The notes under the pieces are model-generated. The model was not told where the DNA came from. It did no database searches and saw only the letters and a program-made list of their open reading frames with translations. This document shows, piece after piece, positions 1 to 9,467 of a DNA stretch of 64,000 nt (positions are counted from its first letter, which is position 1; each line of letters starts with the position of its first letter). Source of the stretch: a virus; IMG/VR virus record IMGVR_UViG_3300029915_000016, positions 18,613-82,612 of that record. One strand, given 5' to 3'. Made by a program: the position numbers and the translations under genes.

Positions 1-777
1 GTTACGGCAAACTACAACGACAACAGCGGCAACGGTCACACGGCGACGGCGGCTGGATCAGGTACGACATTCATCACAGACCCGATTGGCGGGGGTGTAC
101 ACGGCACCGTGGCAAGTCTCAACGGCTCGGGCTATGCGACGACAACGGTAGCGCAGAACACCAGCTACTCAGAATGTGGATGGGCGTATCCCACAAACGC
201 AGCGCAGCCCTATACGATACTTGGAACAGGAACGGGAACTGGTGATCAGCTTTACATAGCAATCCAGGGCACCGGCGGCGCAAATTTGTTGTGGACTTTG
301 AAAGGGATACACGAGCAAGGCTCTGGCTTGTTCTCTCTTAATGTTCAGAACCCATCCGCGATGACTATCAATAGCTGGTATCGTGTGTGCTTGACCTATG
401 ATGGCTCACGATACTTTGTGTATGTCAACGGTGTGCAAGTGGGAACCTCTGGAGGCTTCTGGCAGCAGACAACCGCATACGCGCTTGGAAGCCTTGTTCT
501 TGATGCCGCAGGGCATATACAGAAAGTATCGATTGCAGGAACCTCTGGCTCAAGTATCCCGACGTTCAACGATCTGGGAGCAACCACGGTAGATGGGACT
601 GTAACTTGGTCCGACATTGGATTGTCAACGGTGGGAGGTCGCACAGGCGGCAACATGTACATCGCTGGAAACAATTTTGGAGCGAGTTTTAACGTTGGCT
701 ATCTTCACAAGGTTGACTACTGGGCATCCACAGTGTTGACATCGGCGCAGATCGTAGTCGATGCGACACAAAACTAG
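1..777 (+). CDS. Tail fibre/receptor-binding protein, C-terminal part (5' truncated); LamG/concanavalin-like domain
   Basis: Frame open from base 1 (VTANYNDNSGNG); LamG motifs WYRVCLTYDG and FVYVNG; CBM-like insert WQQTTAYALG. Confidence 0.7.
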   Translation, partial: VTANYNDNSGNGHTATAAGSGTTFITDPIGGGVHGTVASLNGSGYATTTVAQNTSYSECGWAYPTNAAQPYTILGTGTGTGDQLYIAIQGTGGANLLWTLKGIHEQGSGLFSLNVQNPSAMTINSWYRVCLTYDGSRYFVYVNGVQVGTSGGFWQQTTAYALGSLVLDAAGHIQKVSIAGTSGSSIPTFNDLGATTVDGTVTWSDIGLSTVGGRTGGNMYIAGNNFGASFNVGYLHKVDYWASTVLTSAQIVVDATQN

Positions 778-842
778 AGAGCAGGGTCCAAGGAGAGCCG
801 TGGGATTCCGTCTAAGGCTCCTGCATCGAAGAAGGATGGCTA

Positions 843-1160
843 ATGATCTCTGACGCCGTGCAAATCGCTTTGATCGGAGCGGCAGGACTCACAGGGGCCG
901 CAGTTGGTGCCGCGTTCGTCAAGGCTTTTGGCGACAAGAAGGCGGCTCAGTATGCGCGTGAAGCCAAAGAGGGGATCGACCGGGTGATTCACATGGTCGA
1001 TGGGACGCAGACGGCTATCTTGGAAGAGTTGAGAATCTTAACCAGTGAACGCGCTGGGGCTATTGGAGAATTGAAAGGGCGCGACTTTACCCGGCAGCAC
1101 ATGGAAGCCAGACAGGATAAGTTGACAGAAAGCAGTAAAACAGGCGTAACCGAGGGATAG
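843..1160 (+). CDS. Membrane protein, possible holin/antiholin
   Basis: N-terminal hydrophobic helix; lysis-module context. Confidence 0.55.
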   Translation: MISDAVQIALIGAAGLTGAAVGAAFVKAFGDKKAAQYAREAKEGIDRVIHMVDGTQTAILEELRILTSERAGAIGELKGRDFTRQHMEARQDKLTESSKTGVTEG

Positions 1161-1163
1161 CTG

Positions 1164-1628
1164 ATGGGACTGGACGAAGATGATCGCAGGCGAGTGGATA
1201 GCGGAACGAGGGAGATTATGAACGCTTTTGAACTCATGCTTGCACGGCACGTCAATGGGTGCCCAGCTATGCAGTCGCAGGGCCGTCTCGACAAAGTGTA
1301 TAAAGAGCTATTCAACGGGGATGATGGTGAACACGGGTTCGTCGCCGAGCATCGCAAATTCCAGCTTGATATAACGAACAAGGTTTCGTTCGTGCATGGA
1401 GCTGCGAAGGCGTGGTCAATCATTTTCGCCGTTCTCCTCAGCGCATGTATGAGCTTTTTCGTATGGGCTTTTCACGAGGTCTATCCAGCCTTCCGACAGA
1501 TCATGGCTGACTACTACACGCACCATCCAGAGGCAAAGATTCCACAACAAAAGAGCATCGTTGAACCGAACGAGGTATATACTGTGCGTATGAACTCTTC
1601 CACACAGCAAGCAGGAAAGGATTGGTAA
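1164..1628 (+). CDS. Single-pass membrane protein (lysis module)
   Basis: TM segment WSIIFAVLLSACMSFFVWAF. Confidence 0.55.
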   Translation: MGLDEDDRRRVDSGTREIMNAFELMLARHVNGCPAMQSQGRLDKVYKELFNGDDGEHGFVAEHRKFQLDITNKVSFVHGAAKAWSIIFAVLLSACMSFFVWAFHEVYPAFRQIMADYYTHHPEAKIPQQKSIVEPNEVYTVRMNSSTQQAGKDW

Positions 1629-1629
1629 A

Positions 1630-1815
1630 ATGTCATCAAGACCATCAGGACCGCCCCCTATTCCCAACCAGCCGGACCCGCCAATCGACTGTGTTGTAGC
1701 ACCATCCCCCGCCGATGGCCCTAAACGCTCCAATCTGGATAGAATTCCAGACGAGCCGCTCACCGACGAGGAGCGGGAGTTGATACAAAGGATAAGAGAG
1801 CAGGGAACGGTATGA
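1630..1815 (+). CDS. Small Pro-rich hypothetical protein
   Basis: Tightly packed; ATGA overlap with next gene. Confidence 0.5.
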   Translation: MSSRPSGPPPIPNQPDPPIDCVVAPSPADGPKRSNLDRIPDEPLTDEERELIQRIREQGTV

Positions 1816-2087
1816 ACAAGCTGATTGTAGCATTAAACTCACTAAACACACCATGGATCGCTATTCTTGTGATCATAATAGGAGCGGTGTTTTCTGTAGT
1901 TTCACACACGTATGGGATGAGCGGAGATGGAGCCTCTGGTATCATCGGTGCTGGTATCGGATTACTAACGGGACAGGCTTTGTCTAAATCATCGCAAACT
2001 TCAGAGCCTATGCCTCCTCCGCCAACCATCCCAACTAAACCAGACGCACCAACCGCCGCGCAAGTCGATGCGGCAACGACGAAGTGA
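1812..2087 (+). CDS. Two-TM membrane protein, holin-like
   Basis: Two hydrophobic segments; upstream of endolysin. Confidence 0.55.
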   Translation: MNKLIVALNSLNTPWIAILVIIIGAVFSVVSHTYGMSGDGASGIIGAGIGLLTGQALSKSSQTSEPMPPPPTIPTKPDAPTAAQVDAATTK

Positions 2088-2099
2088 AAGAAGGAACAC

Positions 2100-2519
2100 A
2101 TGAAACGAATCACCGCAATCACCGCCGTCCTGATGCTGGCGTTTTGCCTTACCGCCTGTACACACAAGACTGCACCACTGCCCTCTGGAGCAATCAACGC
2201 AACCGACGCCTCGATCAATGCTAATCTTCAGGCCGTCCGTGCTGGATTGGTTCAATATGAGGCCGACGTGGCCAACGGAACCCACATCCCGGACGCAACC
2301 GAAAAAGCTATCGTCAACAAGGTCATCGTCTCACTCAACTACGCCGACCTGCTCTATTGCGGAGCGCCGAATATAGGATCTCCATGCGCCCCCGCGAGTT
2401 ACCACGCGCAACTTATCGCCAACCCGGCAGCGGGTGAGCCTCAGCAGCTTATCGACGCCCTCACAGCCGTAACCACGAACTTTTCTGCGCTTCAGACTCT
2501 CATCAAGGCGGTGAAATAA
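2100..2519 (+). CDS. Lipoprotein (possible spanin component)
   Basis: Signal peptide with lipobox LTAC; RBS AAGGA. Confidence 0.6.
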   Translation: MKRITAITAVLMLAFCLTACTHKTAPLPSGAINATDASINANLQAVRAGLVQYEADVANGTHIPDATEKAIVNKVIVSLNYADLLYCGAPNIGSPCAPASYHAQLIANPAAGEPQQLIDALTAVTTNFSALQTLIKAVK

Positions 2520-2851
2520 TGCTAGTCACGATCATCACCCTCATCGGCTCCCTGCTTCCGTCAGTGCTCGGCGCGTTCGGCGTTTCCTCTACCATTGACA
2601 ATCTGATCCCTGCCCTGCTCACGGCAATTACACAGATCATCGCGGGAATCACGAACAAGACGCCTGTTGACTCGACACTGGTTGCACTTCAGACTGCGCT
2701 CACTGCGCTTCAGGCCGATACCAGCCTAAGTCCGGTCATCCTCGGAGACATTTCAGAGGGTGTGCGCGATCTTCAGAAGGCTATCGCGGCGTATCAGGCA
2801 GCGCAGTTGAAGACAGACCCATCGACGCTGCAACCGCTTCCTACCGTCTAA
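2519..2851 (+). CDS. Membrane-associated hypothetical protein
   Basis: Hydrophobic N-terminus; TAATG overlap with upstream gene. Confidence 0.55.
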   Translation: MLVTIITLIGSLLPSVLGAFGVSSTIDNLIPALLTAITQIIAGITNKTPVDSTLVALQTALTALQADTSLSPVILGDISEGVRDLQKAIAAYQAAQLKTDPSTLQPLPTV

Positions 2852-2891
2852 CCAGCTTGCGGGTGACCATCCGCAGGACCAAAGCAACATT

Positions 2892-2921
2892 GGGCGGCTT
2901 CGCAAAAGCTGCCCGTTTTTT
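2892..2921 (+). terminator. Intrinsic terminator-like hairpin
   Basis: GGGCGGCTT/AAGCTGCCC stem followed by T run. Confidence 0.5.
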
Positions 2922-2934
2922 AGAGGGGAAAGCG

Positions 2935-3426
2935 ATGTCAGATTGGGAAACATGCTACAACTTTATGATTGACAATGAGGATTCAAGCCGCGAATATAAA
3001 ACTGTTCCTGATGCTGGAGGAATGGCTATCAGTGGAATAAACAGCAATTCTTTTCCTCTTCAGTTTGCCAAGATCAACGAGCTTCCACAGGATCAGAGGG
3101 GAGTCGAGGTAGAAAACTTCTATCATGCTGTATTTTGGAACAAATGGTTCGATCAAATATCCAGTGATGAGGTTGCGAAGCGGGTATTCGACGCCAGTGT
3201 GAATATGGGATATGGAACGGCAGTTAAGATATTACAAGGTGTTTTAGGATGCCAAGTAGACGGTAGATTAGGTCCAAACACGGTATCATTTACGAACGCA
3301 AGTCCATCTCAAGCACTGGTTGCTAATTTTATCCTAGCCCGTTGCCAGCACTACAAGGACATTGTTGCGAAGAATCCAGACGATGAGAAGTACTTAGCAG
3401 TTTGGCTTGTGAGAGCATCTCGATAG
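2935..3426 (+). CDS. Endolysin, glycoside hydrolase family 108 (TtsA-like)
   Basis: NE..PDAGG..GI, VFDASVNMG, VDGRLGPNT and C-terminal WLVR motifs; RBS GAGGGG before ATG 2935. Confidence 0.85.
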   Translation: MSDWETCYNFMIDNEDSSREYKTVPDAGGMAISGINSNSFPLQFAKINELPQDQRGVEVENFYHAVFWNKWFDQISSDEVAKRVFDASVNMGYGTAVKILQGVLGCQVDGRLGPNTVSFTNASPSQALVANFILARCQHYKDIVAKNPDDEKYLAVWLVRASR

Positions 3427-3435
3427 GAGGATACC

Positions 3436-3657
3436 GTGCCGACAGAACACTTTAAAGACGAGGAATCATATCGTAAGAGTCGTGCATATACCCATATTCA
3501 CGGAATTCCTACTCGCGCCGTCGATGTAGTTGTTGGAGGAAAGAAACATAAGGTTAAGCATTCCAAGATCAAATCAGGAAAAGGTGCAAGCGGTAGAACT
3601 GGGAAGTATGTCGGAAAGAGGAAGACGAAGAAGAAAAAAGTGGCGTCAAAGCGTTGA
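3436..3657 (+). CDS. Small Lys-rich basic protein
   Basis: RBS AGGAGG; basic C-terminus. Confidence 0.6.
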   Translation: MPTEHFKDEESYRKSRAYTHIHGIPTRAVDVVVGGKKHKVKHSKIKSGKGASGRTGKYVGKRKTKKKKVASKR

Positions 3658-3730
3658 ACGTGGTAGAGTTTAAGAGATAAATGAGCAACCTGCCCTGACC
3701 TCATCCGGGAGATATTGAGGCCAATAAGCA

Positions 3731-3766
3731 ACGGCTCTGGCTGAGAGGCTAGGGCCTATTTCTTTT
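3731..3766 (+). terminator. Intrinsic terminator-like hairpin
   Basis: GGCTCTGGC/GCTAGGGCC stem + TATTTCTTTT. Confidence 0.45.
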
Positions 3767-3774
3767 GGAGTGAG

Positions 3775-3924
3775 ATGGTCAACGAGATCAACGCATCGAC
3801 TCAGGACTCAAGGGCGGGGAAGTCTCGTAGAAAAGTATCTCGTGCTGGTGTAGTAGACAAAGTGAAGAGTGAAAATCTGAAGAAACACGGAACCAAGAAA
3901 CGGTCTGTTCGGAAGAGGGTTTGA
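3775..3924 (+). CDS. Small basic protein, 49 aa (not in ORF track)
   Basis: GGAG RBS; MVNEINASTQ...KKRSVRKRV. Confidence 0.55.
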   Translation: MVNEINASTQDSRAGKSRRKVSRAGVVDKVKSENLKKHGTKKRSVRKRV

Positions 3925-3925
3925 T

Positions 3926-4216
3926 ATGTCAAAAGAGACATATGATCTCGTAAATACGGTCAAAGATGGATGGAAGACGGCGGCTGATTGGATGAGCGGT
4001 GGCCCAGTCAAAAGACTTTTCGATTCCAAGCCGAAAGGCGAACCGATTAAATTCGATGGCCCAAAAGAGAAAGAAGAACAACGGAAGGCAAACCAGAAGA
4101 CTACTCCAAAGCCAGCACCAGCAAAGAAAAAAGTAGGTGGTGGATCTCAATCTGGTACGCAGATTAAGACTGTCAAGAAGAGCGCACCAGCAAAGAAATA
4201 CGCAGCGAAGAGGTAA
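3926..4216 (+). CDS. Small Lys-rich basic protein
   Basis: Two APAKK motifs; tight packing. Confidence 0.6.
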   Translation: MSKETYDLVNTVKDGWKTAADWMSGGPVKRLFDSKPKGEPIKFDGPKEKEEQRKANQKTTPKPAPAKKKVGGGSQSGTQIKTVKKSAPAKKYAAKR

Positions 4217-4222
4217 AGGACA

Positions 4223-4510
4223 ATGGCGAAGAAGAAAAAGAATGTCGGTACGAGTGCAGCGCCCGCATCACCGTCTAGCTCTGGAAAGAGCCGAATCACT
4301 ACCGAAATCGAAAATGCAGAAAACGGTTTTGTAATCCGAGTGTGCAGTGATGGGCAAGGACCAGAAGGAAAGTATGAGAGCAAGAAATTCGTAGCTCCAG
4401 ATCACGCTTCCGCTCTCAGGATCGCAAACCAAGGGATGCTTGGAATGGGATTGAAGAGTGGAAAGAAAAAGAGAGCCAAAGGTAAAAGGTTGGTAAGCAA
4501 GAAGGCTTAA
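4223..4510 (+). CDS. Small basic protein
   Basis: RBS AAGGA; IENAENGF motif; basic termini. Confidence 0.6.
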   Translation: MAKKKKNVGTSAAPASPSSSGKSRITTEIENAENGFVIRVCSDGQGPEGKYESKKFVAPDHASALRIANQGMLGMGLKSGKKKRAKGKRLVSKKA

Positions 4511-4514
4511 GACT

Positions 4515-5867
4515 GTGGCAGGATCATATAGTTGGTTGACGTTTTTATCTGCTCGTCAACAGTTAGCCTCTCGCCTAGCTGATAGCGGGATGGTGTTCTG
4601 GACTGATAATGAGTTAAAGACCTATATCATTAAAGCACTTAGGATGTTCAACTGCATGACATTTACATTTAAGACTGATTTTTCATATAACCCCACAAAC
4701 CTATGGAACTCGCTAGGATCACTTACGGGGAGTCCTCGTCTTCGCACAGTCACCGATACGCAATCCTATATAAACATGGAGTACATGCTTTTGGAAAAAC
4801 CTTCTGGCGGGGTTTGGACGGGTACAACTCAGTTTGATATTGCGAGCATGAGCAGTGCGTTACAGCATCGTAGGGATGAGATGCTGCAAGTTTCTAACGC
4901 GAATCAATCTCTCATGCCGGGGATAGGATTAACACCGGGAACTAGACGTACAAATTTACCGGATACGGTTATAGACGTGGCAAGGATGAGGTATATCCCG
5001 GTAACTGGAAACCCTGCAACTCTCTATCGTGATGACTCGGTAGCGCAGGAGTTTTACGAGGCAGGATATTTGCAAGCGCCATCAGGAACGCCCCAAACGT
5101 ACATGGTATCGTCCGAACCTCCATTGTCGTTTGACGTGGATATTACACCAGATCAACCCGGAACCTATGAGGCTGTAGTATCACAATCAGGAACAGCGTT
5201 AAATCCTCCTACTGCTACTATATTAGGCATCCCCAACGACTACGCATGGGTAGCCGAGTATGGAGCCTTGGCAGATTTGCTAGGACGTGAATCAGAGGCG
5301 ACAGATAGGGAGAGATCGGCATACTGTTTGAAGCGTTATCAGGATGGTTTGAATCTTTTACTGCATACACCGTGGATTATGTTGGCAAACGTAAACGGAA
5401 TAGCGGTAAGCGTGGACTCGATCAAAGATATGGACAACTACAGTCCAGAGTGGGACTCAAACCCAACCGGATTTGGACCAGTGGTAGTGGCTGGAGGGAT
5501 TGATTTCATCGCAGCGCCCGTAGGATTGTCCATAGGTTTAACGGTTCTCGGTAACGCTCCAGTTCCAACACTTGATACGGATTATTTGCAAATTTCAAGA
5601 AGCGATGTCGATATAATTTACGATTTAGCGCAGTCGCTCGCGTGCTTCAAGCTCGGAGGGGCAGACTTTAAGTCTGCTCTCGAACTAGAATCAAGGGCAA
5701 TTCAGGCATGTGCAGCAGAGAATTCTCGCCTAAAATCGACAGGATCGTTCGCTGACATCATCATCCAGCGCGGTCAGGCACAAGATAGGAGTCAGAACAG
5801 GTACAACGACATTACGGATAGCAAGATACAAGCACTCCGTAAAACACATCCTGAGTATTTTCAGTAG
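4515..5867 (+). CDS. Putative head-tail adaptor/tail tubular protein A-like
   Basis: ARQQLASRL..FWTDNEL..YI N-terminus typical of adaptors; position before large tail gene. Confidence 0.5.
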   Translation: MAGSYSWLTFLSARQQLASRLADSGMVFWTDNELKTYIIKALRMFNCMTFTFKTDFSYNPTNLWNSLGSLTGSPRLRTVTDTQSYINMEYMLLEKPSGGVWTGTTQFDIASMSSALQHRRDEMLQVSNANQSLMPGIGLTPGTRRTNLPDTVIDVARMRYIPVTGNPATLYRDDSVAQEFYEAGYLQAPSGTPQTYMVSSEPPLSFDVDITPDQPGTYEAVVSQSGTALNPPTATILGIPNDYAWVAEYGALADLLGRESEATDRERSAYCLKRYQDGLNLLLHTPWIMLANVNGIAVSVDSIKDMDNYSPEWDSNPTGFGPVVVAGGIDFIAAPVGLSIGLTVLGNAPVPTLDTDYLQISRSDVDIIYDLAQSLACFKLGGADFKSALELESRAIQACAAENSRLKSTGSFADIIIQRGQAQDRSQNRYNDITDSKIQALRKTHPEYFQ

Positions 5868-5888
5868 TTGAGATTTTCTGGAGCACTA

Positions 5889-6026
5889 ATGGCGAAGATC
5901 AAAATTAGCGACAACAGGTGTAATCGTTGCGGAGCACATCAACTTGTGGCAACAACTCTTTGCCCTAAATGCGCTCAGAGTTTCCAACAAGAGGATAACG
6001 GAAAGCCGATCACGAAGAAGGAATAG
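5889..6026 (+). CDS. Small Zn-ribbon protein, 45 aa (not in ORF track)
   Basis: GGAG RBS; CNRC...CPKC; stop abuts next ATG. Confidence 0.55.
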   Translation: MAKIKISDNRCNRCGAHQLVATTLCPKCAQSFQQEDNGKPITKKE

Positions 6027-9000
6027 ATGGCTCTGAAATTCATAGGCGTCGATCTTACAAGTCCCCTCAACAGAATTCCTGCTGGTAGGACGAGTATAGC
6101 TCAAAATATCCGCGCTTATGCGCTTGGAGGAATATCTTTTCGTAATCTTCTCACGGCAGCGATAGAAACCCTTGGAGCAGCCGTTCATTCCCTAGCCAGG
6201 CTCAACGATTCTACCCCAAACGGACCTGTTTCAGGATACATAATCATTGGTGGAGCAGGAACAACTCTCTATGCAGGTTCTACAGCAATAGCAACCAGCA
6301 TGAGCGGTCATCCTCTATCGATGATTACATTTCGGCCTAATGCATCAGTTCAGCCATGGATGTATATTGGAGATTCTGCCCCTGCAAACACAGTAACTCT
6401 TCTCACAAAGTATCTTGGAGCTAACAGTTTTGGACCAGCAGGAACGCCTGTAAACTTTGTATCTAATGGATTAATGAAAGTTCGGTCGGATGGAATTGTT
6501 TACAAGACAGGTATCCGCGAGCCTCAACTTGCCCCTCTAGTCTCTACCGGAAATATTGTCACGAGCGCGACAGCAGTACCGCTTTCGGCAAAAACTATTC
6601 CGTGGACAAATGTTGGCGGGGCTAACTCGACAAATTACTCATACAATCAGACAAACCCATCAGACGGAACCCCTCCTTTTATTATCACTGGCGGAGGACC
6701 AGAGTTGGTTGCCGGATCAACTATACTTTTATCAGTAATAGCATCTCTGATAACCCCTCCAGTAGTGAACGGATCGGCACCCGGAGTAAGTCCAGCAACA
6801 CCTGGACCAACCGCAGGTTCACCGGGTCAGTTTGTCACATTCCCTACTCCGGGGTCGAGTTCGATCATAGTCGGAGCGTTTACTGATTCTAGCGGAAATA
6901 TCATCGCTCCGGGTGGACTGATTCCCATCGTCTTTTCAATTGGCACAGGAACATCTGTTACAGTTCCTACTGGTGCCTCACAATTGCATGTGGGGATCAA
7001 CTCGGTAGGATCAACGCCGTTAGGTTTTTCGTTCAATAATAACAGTGGAGACTTTCTTCTCGATTGGACGGTCACGATCAATCCTATTGCGGCGAACGTT
7101 GCCACGGTTGGGGACGTAACGGCTTATGTATGGGGATCTGTACCGGGAGGAATTGGTACAGGCGGAGGATCTCCACACTCGGGACCAGTGGCTCAATACA
7201 TCTGGAAGAACCCTGCTGATGGAGGTTCTGGCATTGTTCGAGGAATAACCAATCCAGTCCCCGACGTATCACCGACAAGCAATTCGTGGATATTTGACTC
7301 TACCCCTGAGAACGACACACTGCCTGTAAATTGGAGTGTATTGAATCCAGACGGTTCGGTTGCAAGCACGATCCCGCTTTTCACTCCCGCGCTGGAGCCG
7401 GAAGGAAACTATGCCGACTTCAATGTGTGCGTAGTTGGTAGCCTCTTCATTCCAGCGGCAGGGACGCACACATTCACGATTCAATACAAAGATCAGATAA
7501 TGTTCGGCATCGGTGGAGGGGCAACGCTTGTAGGGTCGTTCTCCAGCGGTCTTTTACGCGGCCAAACAATGACTGTAGTTCAAGCTCTGCCGCTTCTTTT
7601 TGGCGGAGTTATTGACGGTTCAGGATCGTTCCACACAGCAACTATCACAGTATCCTTTCCCGGTACTGGTCTGTACGACGTAGAGATTGACTGGGATTAC
7701 TGGTCCCACACTGGAAGGTCTCTCATTCTGACTTGCGATGGAGTTGTAATTCCTCCAATCTCTTCTAATATCCGCCAGAATGTTCAATACCGATATGTGT
7801 ACCGTAGCACAGCTACAGGAGCATTATCGAATCCATCTCCCGAATCAACAGCGCAATCTCTTCCGGTCATCGCAAATTCTGTATCATCTATATGGTCGAA
7901 TGACCCGCAGGTTGATGTAGTTGACTATTATCGACTTGATGAAAACACCACCAATTTCACTTATGTAGCAACAGGACCAAACGATAATCTTGGACCGGGT
8001 GGTACTAATACGCCGATTGTTGATCTGTTGACGGATTTGGAACTAGGAAACCAGTTGCTAGACTTTGACAACTTTGAGCCATTTCCATCTATAGATTTGC
8101 CTCAAAAGGGAACGGTTAGCATCTCTGGTGGAGTTATAACTTGGTTGACGGGTGGAGCGATTGGAGGGACTACTACTGGATTTAATGTACGTTGGTTGGC
8201 TGGTACGATAATCCTTATAGGATCACCAACATCACTGGCTTACATCCTCGTTGCAAGACCAACATCTACCACAAGCATGACGATTCCCGGAGTTCCAGAT
8301 GGAACCAATTTATCATATGAGATTCCAGAGCCTATCCTAGCCAATCAACCTCTGCCATATCAGTTTGGACCGACAGATAATATCAACTTCACTTTTGCGG
8401 TAGGAGACCCATTAAGGCCGGGGACTCTCTACTGGTGCAAAGGGTCTAATCTTGATTCCGCACCCGACACAAATCAATTAGAGGTAACCGATCCCGGAGA
8501 GACGTTAGTCAATGGTGCCATGAGCGGTGGACGGGGAGTTTTAGCGTCGATCAAGAGATTTTGGGTTATCATGCCTAACTTCTTTGATTTGACATCGACG
8601 GTAACAGGGACTCAAGGATCGACATGGACGCTACAAGAAACCAGCATTAATCGTGGTTTGTATATGCCACGGTGCTTGGCGGTTGAAGGAGGAGGAACGA
8701 TATTTTTCAGAGTGTCTGACGGTATCCACGCATCACCGGGAGGAGCCGCTTCGGTTTCCATTACCGATCAGGATTTGTATCCTTTATTTAGTCACGAGAA
8801 CGCAGACTCAGCGCCTAGTGTTCCTCAACCGATAACAAGGAATGGAGTAACCGTTTATCCACCAGACGACTCACAGCCACAAGGACAAAGATTCTCTGTA
8901 GTAAACGGTTTCCTTTACTATGATTACTTGGACGCCACCAGTACGCCAAGGACTCTAGTCTACGACATTAAGAATCACGGATGGGTATGGGATGTATATC

Positions 9001-9464
9001 AATTCCCTGCCACAATCCATGCATCAAGTGAGGGTTTAAGCCAACAAGGAACTCTGGTAGGATGCGCTGATGGGTCAGTACGTCAGATGGCGAGCGCAGG
9101 AATAGAAACAGGAACATCTATTGTTATGACTCCAGCGATAGGAGGAAAAGAATGGCAGCATTTGTATGAAGTAACGGTTGAATATGTGTCATCTAATCCA
9201 ATCACGTTATCTTTTGTTGTGTCTGACACAGGAAACGGAAGCTATGGTCCACCGAATATAATCCTTCCAAGTTCGGGTGGAACTTTAACGAAATTCAACA
9301 CCAAAGCTGGCGCTAACAAGTGGAAGTTGATGGCATTCCAATTCTCTTCTACGGATCAATTTCAATTAAATATGCAGGGAACCACCTTCGAGGTAAAGGA
9401 GTGGGGTAGTAACGCGGAATATCGTTTAGTGAATCCGTTTGGCGACAGTGGGGGTGAGGGATAA
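6027..9464 (+). CDS. Large tail protein (tubular B/nozzle-like) with PA14-like insert
   Basis: 1145 aa, G/T/S-rich; YRYVYRS..LSNPSP motif; PA14-like FIPAAGTHTF..YDVEIDW segment. Confidence 0.55.
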   Translation: MALKFIGVDLTSPLNRIPAGRTSIAQNIRAYALGGISFRNLLTAAIETLGAAVHSLARLNDSTPNGPVSGYIIIGGAGTTLYAGSTAIATSMSGHPLSMITFRPNASVQPWMYIGDSAPANTVTLLTKYLGANSFGPAGTPVNFVSNGLMKVRSDGIVYKTGIREPQLAPLVSTGNIVTSATAVPLSAKTIPWTNVGGANSTNYSYNQTNPSDGTPPFIITGGGPELVAGSTILLSVIASLITPPVVNGSAPGVSPATPGPTAGSPGQFVTFPTPGSSSIIVGAFTDSSGNIIAPGGLIPIVFSIGTGTSVTVPTGASQLHVGINSVGSTPLGFSFNNNSGDFLLDWTVTINPIAANVATVGDVTAYVWGSVPGGIGTGGGSPHSGPVAQYIWKNPADGGSGIVRGITNPVPDVSPTSNSWIFDSTPENDTLPVNWSVLNPDGSVASTIPLFTPALEPEGNYADFNVCVVGSLFIPAAGTHTFTIQYKDQIMFGIGGGATLVGSFSSGLLRGQTMTVVQALPLLFGGVIDGSGSFHTATITVSFPGTGLYDVEIDWDYWSHTGRSLILTCDGVVIPPISSNIRQNVQYRYVYRSTATGALSNPSPESTAQSLPVIANSVSSIWSNDPQVDVVDYYRLDENTTNFTYVATGPNDNLGPGGTNTPIVDLLTDLELGNQLLDFDNFEPFPSIDLPQKGTVSISGGVITWLTGGAIGGTTTGFNVRWLAGTIILIGSPTSLAYILVARPTSTTSMTIPGVPDGTNLSYEIPEPILANQPLPYQFGPTDNINFTFAVGDPLRPGTLYWCKGSNLDSAPDTNQLEVTDPGETLVNGAMSGGRGVLASIKRFWVIMPNFFDLTSTVTGTQGSTWTLQETSINRGLYMPRCLAVEGGGTIFFRVSDGIHASPGGAASVSITDQDLYPLFSHENADSAPSVPQPITRNGVTVYPPDDSQPQGQRFSVVNGFLYYDYLDATSTPRTLVYDIKNHGWVWDVYQFPATIHASSEGLSQQGTLVGCADGSVRQMASAGIETGTSIVMTPAIGGKEWQHLYEVTVEYVSSNPITLSFVVSDTGNGSYGPPNIILPSSGGTLTKFNTKAGANKWKLMAFQFSSTDQFQLNMQGTTFEVKEWGSNAEYRLVNPFGDSGGEG

Positions 9465-9467
9465 TCT

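Noticed and set aside
5865-6029. Amber read-through/recoding (in-frame TAG-separated genes; also 1158-1166 and 19769-19774)
   Set aside because: No suppressor anticodon among the 37 tRNAs, long genes are uninterrupted in the standard code, and downstream genes have their own starts.
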